This document shows, in pieces, positions 48,850 to 56,743 of a stretch of 64,000 nt of DNA. Location of the stretch: IMG/VR virus record IMGVR_UViG_3300045988_051499; one strand, 5' to 3'. Position 1 is the first letter of the stretch. Each line of letters starts with the position of its first letter. Source of the stretch: a virus. The position numbers were made by a program, and so were the translations under genes. The notes beneath the pieces were generated by a model. That model made no database searches and was not told the origin of the DNA. It saw only the letters and a list, made by a program, of their open reading frames with translations.

Positions 48850-49411
48850 GTGGACCTAACGGGAGTCGAACCCGTGTCCAAACAACCCTTATTACAAGGA
48901 TAACGTGCGTCTCATTTTTATTACATCAGCTAGTGAGTTCTAGCATTTAGATAGTTTTATTAGAAGAGCTGGATTCTTTACAGTAGAGGTGAACCAGCAG
49001 TCCTCCTACTAACTAATTTACAAACTACCAAACTGGGGGGCTGACTAGAAGTCATTCTTCCACCACTCCATTTACGTTGGAGAACGTCTATTTGTAGCCC
49101 ATAGATAGGCAGTGGAGATTTCAGCTCTACTAACCTTTGGCTTTCAAGTTAATGCATCTAAGCTTCACTGTAACCTGTAGGTACTATGATTCTTCCCTGA
49201 AGGTCTCGTTATAACACTTAGATACAAACCTCTTCTGTTTCTAGGTCTCTCCAGTAACCCGACTTGATTAATAGTGTCTATTAATAAGCCAGCAGCTTAG
49301 GCTGCCATTCTTACAGGTGCAATTTCTGCAGTTATTTGTTTTCTTCGTTTAAAGAGATTGCGCTCTACACGTCCTTATAATTCGTAATCGCCTGTCAAAT
49401 CCAAGTAGGCC
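48850..49411 (-). ncRNA. ssrA: tmRNA (ssrA), one-piece, unusually long
   Basis: 5' GGGCCTACTTGGATTTGACAGGCG (cf. E. coli GGGGCUGAUUCUGGAUUCGACGGG); 3' TTTGGAC-ACGGG-TTCGACT-CCCGT-TAGGTCC-A (cf. E. coli UUUCGGAC-GCGGG-UUCAACU-CCCGC-CAGCUCC-A-CCA); acceptor 7 bp with G3-U70; tag ORF GCA GAA ATT GCA CCT GTA AGA ATG GCA GCC TAA (AEIAPVRMAA) at 49296..49328 with resume codon 84 nt from the 5' end, out-of-frame TAA 2 nt upstream as in E. coli, and stop codon in a hairpin loop GCAGC-CTAA-GCTGC. Confidence 0.7.
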
Positions 49412-49454
49412 CATGTTCCAGTTTATCTCTGATTAGAAAACTGGAGAAAAGAAA

Positions 49455-49712
49455 TTATAGCATTATAGTTGAGCCAGGAGGCAAAATTGTGACCTTACAA
49501 GTAAGCAAACGACGCGTATCCTCAACAGTAAACAGCTTAGGATAGCATAGACCGCTACGCCCACCAATGATAATTAAAGCATCTCCGTACCTCTGAACTA
49601 TAGTTCCAGGCTCCATTTCCTCGTCACAGAACCAATTTACAATCTCAGCTACATCTCCATCTTTCATATTTGTAAGATGTGTTGTGATTGTCTTATTAAT
49701 TACTTTTGCCAT
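49455..49712 (-). CDS. hypothetical protein
   Basis: 85-aa ORF. Confidence 0.35.
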   Translation of the reverse strand: MAKVINKTITTHLTNMKDGDVAEIVNWFCDEEMEPGTIVQRYGDALIIIGGRSGLCYPKLFTVEDTRRLLTCKVTILPPGSTIML

Positions 49713-50274
49713 GTAAACACTGTTTTAATATTTCCTTAGTAACTACTCTATCAGCTTCTCTAGATAGCTTATCCAACTTTTCTAAGTCAAACTCGCTAGA
49801 CTGGAACTTAAATTGAATCCAAGTTGGTTCACTAGGTCTATAGTCTAAATAAGTCTCACACTTATCAGTTCCCAAAACCTCATGCACCATAGCTAATATA
49901 CGTTCACCAGCAGCTTTAGTTTTTACGAATCCAGATAAATCATATCCAACACCTCTAGAACTCCAGTATTCTCCTTCCTCTGGACGAATGTCTTTTGGTT
50001 CCCAATGCCAGGCAGAAACACCGGACCTAGGATGAGCAATACGATGAGCATACTCCATTACGGATTCCGAATTTGGATCAGAAGGATTCTCTGGATGAGA
50101 GCCATATTGCACTATGCCTTTTCCGTTATCACTTCTTATTTCGAATGTTAGTTTACAATGTCTGCAAGTTCCAGAGGTAACTCCTCCGCAAGAGAAACAA
50201 CCACTGGTCACAGAATCACATCCACAATTAGGACAACCCCATTCCTTAAATTCTGAGAATAATATAGATAACAT
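49696..50274 (-). CDS. hypothetical Cys-rich protein
   Basis: 192 aa; N-terminal CPNCGC...CFSCGG...CRHC cluster. Confidence 0.35.
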   Translation of the reverse strand: MLSILFSEFKEWGCPNCGCDSVTSGCFSCGGVTSGTCRHCKLTFEIRSDNGKGIVQYGSHPENPSDPNSESVMEYAHRIAHPRSGVSAWHWEPKDIRPEEGEYWSSRGVGYDLSGFVKTKAAGERILAMVHEVLGTDKCETYLDYRPSEPTWIQFKFQSSEFDLEKLDKLSREADRVVTKEILKQCLHGKSN

Positions 50275-50567
50275 TAGTAATTAGGTTTAAATTCTACTTC
50301 CTTTAATACAACATACATCTTACCATCCTTCTGTTCTATACAACCATTGGCCTGTAGAAAATTAATTATAAAGTCCATAGGAATGTGGTAATTGTCAGTT
50401 ACAAGCATACTGCCATCAATATGATAGCGTTCTTTTCTCTCTAATCTAGTGGGATTACCATTTATAGTAATCTCACCAGAACATTCATTATCCTTATCTG
50501 GTTTAATTCCCTTTATGTAAATAGAATAACCAGCTTCAGCTAAATAAACTTGTTGTATTACACTCAT
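50274..50567 (-). CDS. hypothetical protein
   Basis: 97-aa ORF. Confidence 0.3.
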   Translation of the reverse strand: MSVIQQVYLAEAGYSIYIKGIKPDKDNECSGEITINGNPTRLERKERYHIDGSMLVTDNYHIPMDFIINFLQANGCIEQKDGKMYVVLKEVEFKPNY

Positions 50568-50989
50568 AGTTTTGGAACATCAGAACGGTTATCATGATAG
50601 CCCTCGTCCCCAACAAGTTGGGCTAAACAACCGTGCATATAAGGAACAAGTTCGGGTTTCTCCTTATAACACCTGTATAGCATCCAACTCATGCTCATAG
50701 AGTTTCCACTATGACCATTATCAAAGTACGGAAGTTTGTCTTTGATAGCCTCAATCAGCTCAAATAAGCTAGGATATTTCTCATAGAAGGCTTTACATTC
50801 CTCTAGACTCATTTCTTTGAAAAACTCAGAGAATGATAGGGCTTGCTTTATACAAGCCATTTCATAACCAAATAGGTCATTTTCTTCAAATGTACCATCA
50901 CCAGCTTCAACGAACAAACGATTGAAACGTTCGATTCTCTCCTGAAATTCTTTCGGAAGAGATTCCTTTGTAAGATTCTTGAAATCCAT
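50564..50989 (-). CDS. hypothetical protein
   Basis: 141-aa ORF. Confidence 0.35.
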   Translation of the reverse strand: MDFKNLTKESLPKEFQERIERFNRLFVEAGDGTFEENDLFGYEMACIKQALSFSEFFKEMSLEECKAFYEKYPSLFELIEAIKDKLPYFDNGHSGNSMSMSWMLYRCYKEKPELVPYMHGCLAQLVGDEGYHDNRSDVPKL

Positions 50990-51020
50990 AATCTAATTTT
51001 AATTGTTAAAAATAACTTAG

Positions 51021-51093
51021 TAACGGGAGTCGGATTCGAACCGACGACCTTCAGGTTATGAGCCTGACTAGCTACCTCTGCTATCATCCCGCG
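51021..51093 (-). tRNA. tRNA-Met(CAT), elongator or Ile2-type
   Basis: anticodon arm TCAGG-CTCATAA-CCTGA perfect; T arm GTCGG-TTCGAAT-CCGAC; acceptor CGCGGGA/TCCCGTT with C1-U72 mismatch; D arm offset by 1 nt. Confidence 0.6.
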
Positions 51094-51096
51094 ATA

Positions 51097-51282
51097 TTAC
51101 AAATGCTTTTTAATTAGTTTACAATGATTATACTCTCCTCCCCAGCTAATAGGAAACTCTTTTTCCTTAGCCTCTTTATACTTCTCTGCCTGTTTCTTGT
51201 CTAAGAAGATTTGGCAATCAGTTTCATAATTTTGAGGAGCATTAGCTGGGTGATAATTTACTACAACTACATATACTTTCAT
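51097..51282 (-). CDS. hypothetical protein
   Basis: 61-aa ORF. Confidence 0.3.
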   Translation of the reverse strand: MKVYVVVVNYHPANAPQNYETDCQIFLDKKQAEKYKEAKEKEFPISWGGEYNHCKLIKKHL

Positions 51283-51302
51283 AATTTTTTAAATAAAGTT
51301 TG

Positions 51303-51375
51303 TGGACACGCAGGGACTCGAACCCTATCTTCCGGTGTGCAAAACCAGCGCTCTAGCCATTTGAGCTAACGGCCC
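51303..51375 (-). tRNA. tRNA-Ala(TGC), atypical acceptor
   Basis: D arm GCTC-AAATGGCTA-GAGC, anticodon arm CTGGT-TTTGCAC-ACCGG, T arm TAGGG-TTCGAGT-CCCTG, G3-U70 present, but acceptor pairs 5-7 are mismatched; 3' end GTCCACA. Confidence 0.5.
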
Positions 51376-51904
51376 ATTTTTGGGATTTTCTTTTTAATTG
51401 GTGACATACCCATAAATTTCCACTGTTAAGATTCCACAACTTAACAACACCAGATAAGTTTTTTTTGTTTGAATCATGTTCTAGTAGCATAAGTCCGCAA
51501 CCATGCTACTCTCTCAGTTCATCGACTATCGTATCAGAAAAGGTCTTTATGATTCCGCAGGGACTGGCTTCAACTTAAACCCCGAATGGATTTTTACCTT
51601 GCCAGGTCAGGATATTATTACGTTTCTAGCACTCTGAATTGATTTAGCCTGTTTAATCTTATAATCACGAACTACTTCTTTCATATAAGAGTTAAATTCC
51701 TTCATGTCTTTCCATGAAATCTCATTAGCTAGTTTTGGAGTTTGAAACATTTTGTACTTTTCTAATAGGTCTTTCATTTCTCTCTTTAGTTTTCAAAGCA
51801 TTTTCACACGCTTGTTTCTTCATTACATATGGACAATCACAATTTCCACTGTAGTACCAACAACAATAATCACACTGATGCATAATCTAATATAAGGTCA
51901 ATAG

Positions 51905-51976
51905 CTGGGGCACATGGACTCGAACCATGATTCTTTGATTAACAGTCAAAAGTTCTGACCTTTGAACTATACCCCA
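51905..51976 (-). tRNA. tRNA-Asn(GTT)
   Basis: acceptor TGGGGTA/TGCCCCA, D arm GTTC..GAAC, anticodon arm TTTGA-CTGTTAA-TCAAA, T arm CATGG-TTCGAGT-CCATG. Confidence 0.8.
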
Positions 51977-52220
51977 ATAGTTAATTTTCTCCACGGGTGT
52001 AGATAAGTACCCCTTTGGTACTTACCTTTTAGTAGTATCTTTACTCTAGACCTCTATAAGGAGGCGGAATAGTTCCAGAAACTAACCATGTATAGCTCTT
52101 AGAACTCTGTTCAAAATACCACTTAGCAGCTTTCTTCACAACATTAATTACTTTCTTCATAACATCAAAGTTTAAAATTGTTAATAATTAATCTAATTCA
52201 GAGCCACAAAAGGAGTTTCG

Positions 52221-52299
52221 TTGCGGAGGTAGGATTCGAACCGTTTATGACGATTTCTAGGTTATGAGCCTAGCGAGATGACCACTTCTCTACTCCACG
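52221..52299 (-). tRNA. tRNA-like, CAT anticodon, initiator-like C1-A72 but disrupted T arm (possible pseudo-tRNA)
   Basis: acceptor CGTGGAG/CTCCGCA with C1-A72 mismatch; D arm GAGA-AGTGGTCA-TCTC; perfect anticodon arm CTAGG-CTCATAA-CCTAG; T-loop TTCGAAT present but flanks AACGG/CCTAC do not pair and about 6 extra nt sit before it. Confidence 0.35.
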
Positions 52300-52724
52300 A
52301 TATTGGCAGCTACTTTACATCCGCTACCCAGGGATGCCTCTATCACCAGTGAGGCACGGACTATTCTAACCGTATAGCACGACTGGTTGGTAACGTCTCC
52401 AGACACGGCATTTAGACTGAAAATGTCGAAACAGTGATTTAAAGATTAAATAGGCTCTGGAAGATATTTCCAAATGTAGCCATACTATGATTTGGTTTTA
52501 TTCTTACAGCATCCTATAATATGACTCTATGCAGATTTATTGTCAGTAATTCCGTTATTAATTAACCATTCCTAAGCTTCTCTGGAACCAAAGAATACCT
52601 GTATAAAATTACCTGCTAAGTCATACTAAGCAATTAACTTTGCGTTACTTTTTCTAATTTTTATATTATTTGCCTTCAAAACTTTGTAAATAGTGTCTTT
52701 ACAGCACCCTATTTTTTCTTGTAT

Positions 52725-53081
52725 CTAAGAACTAGTATATCCCAATCTAGCTAATTCTACAATTTCACTATGATTGTATAGAATAGTGCCATCTCCTCCT
52801 TTAGAGGCATTGTACCCATTAGAACCATAAGTTCCTAGCTCTTTTATCCAATAGATTTCTCTTTCAGATAATTCAGAGTTACTATCTACATATTCCAATT
52901 CCTCTATCATAAAGTTCTCAACACCATACTTATTCATGGCATCATATAAAGGTCTTTTGTTGCATCTTTCTTTCTAAAAGTCATAACAATGTTCCTTCCA
53001 GCGCTCTTCTATAGAAGTAGTAGTTTTTCCTACGTATCGCTTGCTATTAATTAAATTTGTAATGCAATAAATATATGCCAT
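52725..53081 (-). CDS. GIY-YIG homing endonuclease with in-frame TAG
   Basis: MAYIYCITNLINSKRYVGKTTTSIEERWKEHCYDF-TAG-KERCNKRPLYDAMNKYGVENFMIEELEY...EIYWIKELGTYGSNGYN is co-linear with the I-TevI catalytic domain; single in-frame TAG at 52974..52976 with no frameshift. Track splits it into 52974..53237 and 52725..52937; the first ORF's N-terminus is spurious translation of the adjacent tRNA. Confidence 0.5.
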
Positions 53082-53101
53082 ATTTTTAAATTTAAAATTA
53101 G

Positions 53102-53186
53102 AATCCGTGGAGGGATTCGAACCCTCATTAAAGATTTCTCTTTTCAGTTTTGCAGACTGATGGCTAAACCATTCACCCACACGGAT
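53102..53186 (-). tRNA. atypical tRNA, GCA (Cys) anticodon with class-II long variable arm
   Basis: 85 nt; perfect acceptor ATCCGTG/CACGGAT, U73, anticodon arm TCAGT-CTGCAAA-ACTGA, 17-nt variable arm with stem AAAGA/TCTTT, T arm GAGGG-TTCGAAT-CCCTC. Confidence 0.5.
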
Positions 53187-53187
53187 A

Positions 53188-53490
53188 TTAAGATTTAAAG
53201 TACTTCTCTCTAAATGGGATATTAAATAATGAATCATTAATATCCTTATCAGTTATTTCCCTACCTAGAGCCTTCTCCGCACATTCGCTACAGATAAACA
53301 CATGGTGGTCTGGATAATAATCTTTACCTCCCCCTTTGTAATAAGAGGAGAATTTCTTTGCAGCTTCTTTTTCAAAATTGGTTAGCTTAAAGTAATTTAT
53401 TATCTTGTTCCAAACCTCATCAATAAACATTGGAGAGTTATGGTCTCCATAATAAAATTCTTTATTACATACTGTACACTTTATTTTCAT
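53188..53490 (-). CDS. hypothetical zinc-ribbon protein
   Basis: 100 aa; CTVCNK...CSEC. Confidence 0.35.
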   Translation of the reverse strand: MKIKCTVCNKEFYYGDHNSPMFIDEVWNKIINYFKLTNFEKEAAKKFSSYYKGGGKDYYPDHHVFICSECAEKALGREITDKDINDSLFNIPFREKYFKS

Positions 53491-53505
53491 AAAACTTAAA
53501 TTTTG

Positions 53506-53577
53506 AGTAGGTAATGAGAATCGAACTCACATCCTCGGCATGGCAAGCCGATGCACTAACCGTTGTGCTATACCTAC
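53506..53577 (-). tRNA. tRNA-Gly(GCC)
   Basis: perfect acceptor GTAGGTA/TACCTAC, D arm GCAC..GTGC, anticodon arm TCGGC-TTGCCAT-GCCGA, T arm GTGAG-TTCGATT-CTCAT. Confidence 0.85.
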
Positions 53578-53582
53578 AAATG

Positions 53583-53657
53583 TGCAGATAGAGAGACTCG
53601 AACTCTCCCCTTCAGATTGGAAGTCTGACGTGCTCAAACCATTAACACCACATCTGC
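53583..53657 (-). tRNA. tRNA-Gly(TCC)
   Basis: acceptor GCAGATG/TATCTGC, anticodon arm TCAGA-CTTCCAA-TCTGA, T arm GAGAG-TTCGAGT-CTCTC. Confidence 0.75.
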
Positions 53658-53694
53658 ATAAGGAGAGTTATACGATACTCTCCTAAACGCTATC

Positions 53695-54036
53695 TTAAGA
53701 TAGTAATTCCTGTGCCTCAATCTCGCCGATTATTTTAGTAACCGCAATCTTGAACGGATTTCCCTTAGTCTTGTCAAACAGATGTACATCACGTACCTCG
53801 TCAACCTTGTCAGGAACATTCACCTTTCTTTTCCCTCTCTCTATGGTCTTCCAAGTGATGACTTCGCACCGTTTCACGTCATAAACGCTATCGTTGCGGT
53901 CTACATAGACCCTGAAGAAGTTCTTCTTATGCTTCACAATCTCAACTCTTTTAAAGTTTTTGATGTTAGCATGAAATTTCAAATCGCATTTTCCGTTAGG
54001 TAAGAAAATCAATTCTGCCATAATGATACTCCGCAT
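53695..54036 (-). CDS. hypothetical protein
   Basis: 113-aa ORF. Confidence 0.35.
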   Translation of the reverse strand: MRSIIMAELIFLPNGKCDLKFHANIKNFKRVEIVKHKKNFFRVYVDRNDSVYDVKRCEVITWKTIERGKRKVNVPDKVDEVRDVHLFDKTKGNPFKIAVTKIIGEIEAQELLS

Positions 54037-54157
54037 AGTCGGAGATTCAAAGTTAAACTATGTTAATTCCAGTCTTTCGTCTGGCACTCCACCTCGTTTT
54101 AACCAATAGCTACTGTTCTTCACTACTTGAGCTAAGCTCTAAACTGGGATAAAGGTA

Positions 54158-54541
54158 TTATTCTATATAAATAAATGGTTTTCCAAATTCTTGCCTGAAA
54201 GACTCAAGCCAGCCTTCCATTTCCTCATCACTATCAAAATAGATAGACTCATCATGTCTCTCAGAGAACTCTAGAATAATATGCGGCTTCTGGTATACTA
54301 TTCCATCCTTGTAGAAGGACGTTCTCTTACTAATTGATTCGAGCATCCCTTTCTCAGAGTAAGTCCCAAAGCATGGGTCTAGAAGATACCAATAATCAAT
54401 ATGCCTTTTCCAGAATAAAAATTTGGTATCCGCTATTCTATGCTTCCATTCTGGATGTTTTCTAGTTTTAAAAACTAGTATCCTCTTTATTAAATTTCCA
54501 TTAATATATTTATCCATAATTAATCCCAATATTCTGGACAA
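54158..54541 (-). CDS. hypothetical protein
   Basis: 127-aa ORF. Confidence 0.35.
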   Translation of the reverse strand: MSRILGLIMDKYINGNLIKRILVFKTRKHPEWKHRIADTKFLFWKRHIDYWYLLDPCFGTYSEKGMLESISKRTSFYKDGIVYQKPHIILEFSERHDESIYFDSDEEMEGWLESFRQEFGKPFIYIE

Positions 54542-54936
54542 TCATCTGTCGTTAATAATCCTTTCTCGCATAGACCTCCATCATAGAATATACATGATGA
54601 GCATGAAAGATTGTCCCTGGACTCATATTCCTGAATACCTTCCTGGATATCTTTCTTAGCCTTATATCTATCTTTTCTATTCTCTTTCTTATATTCGTAC
54701 TGCATCATCTTACTTCTGTAGGGAGAAGTGCAATTCTTAAGCATTTTGGCATACTTGGAATCATTAAGAAAATCCGTAATTGATTCACAAACTCTAACCG
54801 AACCGAAAGTAAATCGTGTTCTATAATCCTTAATTCCTTTTATTGGAACATAAAATTCCTTATAAGAATTGTAGATTTTTTTAGCTCTAGAAATCCACTT
54901 TCTTTTAGAAAGCTCTCTTCTCAATTCTCTATCCAT
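54520..54936 (-). CDS. hypothetical Cys-rich protein
   Basis: track ORF 54520..55083 trimmed to internal ATG (MDRELRR...) because its first 49 codons are spurious translation of tRNA-Cys (..FVGSNPTL..); C-terminal CSSCIFYDGGLCEKG...DCPEYW. Confidence 0.35.
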   Translation of the reverse strand: MDRELRRELSKRKWISRAKKIYNSYKEFYVPIKGIKDYRTRFTFGSVRVCESITDFLNDSKYAKMLKNCTSPYRSKMMQYEYKKENRKDRYKAKKDIQEGIQEYESRDNLSCSSCIFYDGGLCEKGLLTTDDCPEYWD

Positions 54937-54956
54937 AAGCAATAAGATTAGTGTAG

Positions 54957-55030
54957 AATCTAGAGTGGGATTCGAACCCACGAAACACGGTTTTGCAGAC
55001 CGTTCCCTTAGACCGCTCGGGCATCTAGAC
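54957..55030 (-). tRNA. tRNA-Cys(GCA)
   Basis: acceptor GTCTAGA/TCTAGAT, U73, anticodon arm ACGGT-CTGCAAA-ACCGT, T arm GTGGG-TTCGAAT-CCCAC. Confidence 0.8.
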
Positions 55031-55057
55031 ATAAAGGGGAGACTAGCTCCCCAAGTT

Positions 55058-56470
55058 TTATAGTACCAAAGAGTTGTAAGCACCTCTACGATACAGAGAC
55101 GGTTTACTATTTGGATCTTTAATCCAGTAGTAATTAATTTCGTTGCCGTCTTTAGTAACTACGATTCCTAGTTTCTTGTCAATCGCAATAATTTCGTCAT
55201 CATAGAAGTCATCTCCAACTGCCAGATTTGCGAACTTAATATCCGAAGATACATAGTAATATGACAGATTGTGGAAATTGTGGCGGCGATATTCATAATA
55301 CTCGTTAAGAGCTTTTCTTTCCTCAACAGTACAGTTATCCTCATCGTCTACAATGGGCTTTGGCATCGGATTGTTGAATCTCTCAACAGCTTTGGAGAAC
55401 TCTTCAATAGAGAATTTATTCTTATCAGCAGAAATCTCACCAGCATATGCATAACCTCTAATGCAGGAATAGTCATACTCATTAGTTACTACGTTGAAGA
55501 AGCCTTTAGCTCTTCTCAATCCTTCTATACCGTGAATATTGACCTCATTAACTATAGTTTTGAGAATATCAATAGTAGATATAGTCAAAGAATCAATGAA
55601 ATCAAGCAAATCTTGACGAGCTTCCGGCACTTGAAGTGCGTCGTCCAGATATTCGTTCACAACCTTCAAATCCAAGTTGCCAAATTCCTTGACATAACGG
55701 ATTCTAGACGGACGTCCTACCATATTCTCATTGATGGTCATAGCATTAGTAGTAAGCAGGAAAACCCTGCGATACTTAGAGTTGTAAACACCGTCCATGA
55801 TTTGCAAGATAGTAGAATCCGATTCACTGAAATTCTTTTCAAATTCATCCAAGAACAGAATGCAATCTCCTTCAATACCAGAAAGGAACTCAATCATAGA
55901 TTGATTATGGTCTCCCATATCCTTTACGATAATGATGGGCAGATTTAGCTTGTTAGCCAGTTCCTTAGCAGTAACAGTCTTTCCAGTGCCCTTTGTACCA
56001 GTAAGCATAATTCCGAGATTGCCTTCTGTAGCGTGATACGTCTTAATTACATGGTCAATAAACTCGTTCTGCAAACCATACATTTTGTACGGGAATACAA
56101 ACTTATCCGCATATCTGTCTAGGTGATAACCTGTCATTGTCAGACAAATACTGTAGATTCCAACTGGGAGAGACTGCTCAACGCTATAGCCTGAGCTTAC
56201 CTGGGTATATGTAGACCCAGAACACATCCAAACTTTGTTCATTTTTTCTTTTTCTAAGTTACTTAAAACAGATGCCTGTTTGAGACATCCTACTAATTGA
56301 TTAGCTATAGAATCTATAGCTTCTTTGTTATCAGTTTCCTCTGAGAGTCTTTTTACAAACCACTCTTTAGAACGGGCAACTATTTGCTCATCAGTCTCAT
56401 TTTCAGAGATTGTTTCAGCAAATTCATGGTAGATACTAGTCAGCTTACCTTCTAATTCTTCTACGGTCAT
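55058..56470 (-). CDS. AAA+ ATPase
   Basis: Walker A GIMLTGTKGTGKTVTAKELANKL, Walker B ILFLDEFE. Confidence 0.6.
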   Translation of the reverse strand: MTVEELEGKLTSIYHEFAETISENETDEQIVARSKEWFVKRLSEETDNKEAIDSIANQLVGCLKQASVLSNLEKEKMNKVWMCSGSTYTQVSSGYSVEQSLPVGIYSICLTMTGYHLDRYADKFVFPYKMYGLQNEFIDHVIKTYHATEGNLGIMLTGTKGTGKTVTAKELANKLNLPIIIVKDMGDHNQSMIEFLSGIEGDCILFLDEFEKNFSESDSTILQIMDGVYNSKYRRVFLLTTNAMTINENMVGRPSRIRYVKEFGNLDLKVVNEYLDDALQVPEARQDLLDFIDSLTISTIDILKTIVNEVNIHGIEGLRRAKGFFNVVTNEYDYSCIRGYAYAGEISADKNKFSIEEFSKAVERFNNPMPKPIVDDEDNCTVEERKALNEYYEYRRHNFHNLSYYYVSSDIKFANLAVGDDFYDDEIIAIDKKLGIVVTKDGNEINYYWIKDPNSKPSLYRRGAYNSLVL

Positions 56471-56472
56471 TA

Positions 56473-56637
56473 GTAATCCTCCTCGTTATGTTCATTAGTT
56501 ATGAGAGAACGAGCCTTTTCCATACCAGATTCGTAAGCCTCTGTAACAAACACCATGGCAGTTTTTAGGTCCATTTGACCCATGGAATTGCCATTGTCTA
56601 CCATTTCCTGAATAATTTCACTTAACTCTTTCATATT
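56473..56637 (-). CDS. hypothetical small protein
   Basis: 54-aa ORF (MKELSEIIQEMVDNGNSMG...) below the track threshold; immediately upstream of the AAA+ ATPase gene. Confidence 0.25.
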
Positions 56638-56656
56638 ATTTAATAAATAAAAGTTG

Positions 56657-56738
56657 TAGGGTAGGAGGGACTCGAACCCTCACGCCTTGCGGCACTAGAT
56701 CCTAAGTCTAGCGCGTCTACCAATTCCGCCACTACCCC
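56657..56738 (-). tRNA. tRNA-Leu(TAG)
   Basis: near-identical D region to E. coli tRNA-Leu (GTGGCGGAATTGGTAGACGCGCTAG), anticodon arm CTAGA-CTTAGGA-TCTAG, long variable arm, T arm GAGGG-TTCGAGT-CCCTC, A73. Confidence 0.85.
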
Positions 56739-56743
56739 AACTG

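Noticed and set aside
49495-49522. Plus-strand GCA AAC GAC GCG TAT CCT CAA CAG TAA, resembling the start of the canonical ANDENYALAA tmRNA tag
   Set aside because: It lies inside minus-strand ORF 49455..49712, has no tRNA-like flanks, and only the first three codons match. The real tmRNA tag is on the minus strand at 49296..49328.
50848-51087. ORFs 50848..51087, 58408..58590, 62831..63028(+), 62911..63126, and the N-terminal parts of 52974..53237 and 54520..55083
   Set aside because: They overlap tRNA genes and contain the telltale G(S/F)NP(T/S) peptide that comes from translating a T arm (GGTTCGAATCC), so they are artefacts. The two longer ORFs were trimmed to internal starts.
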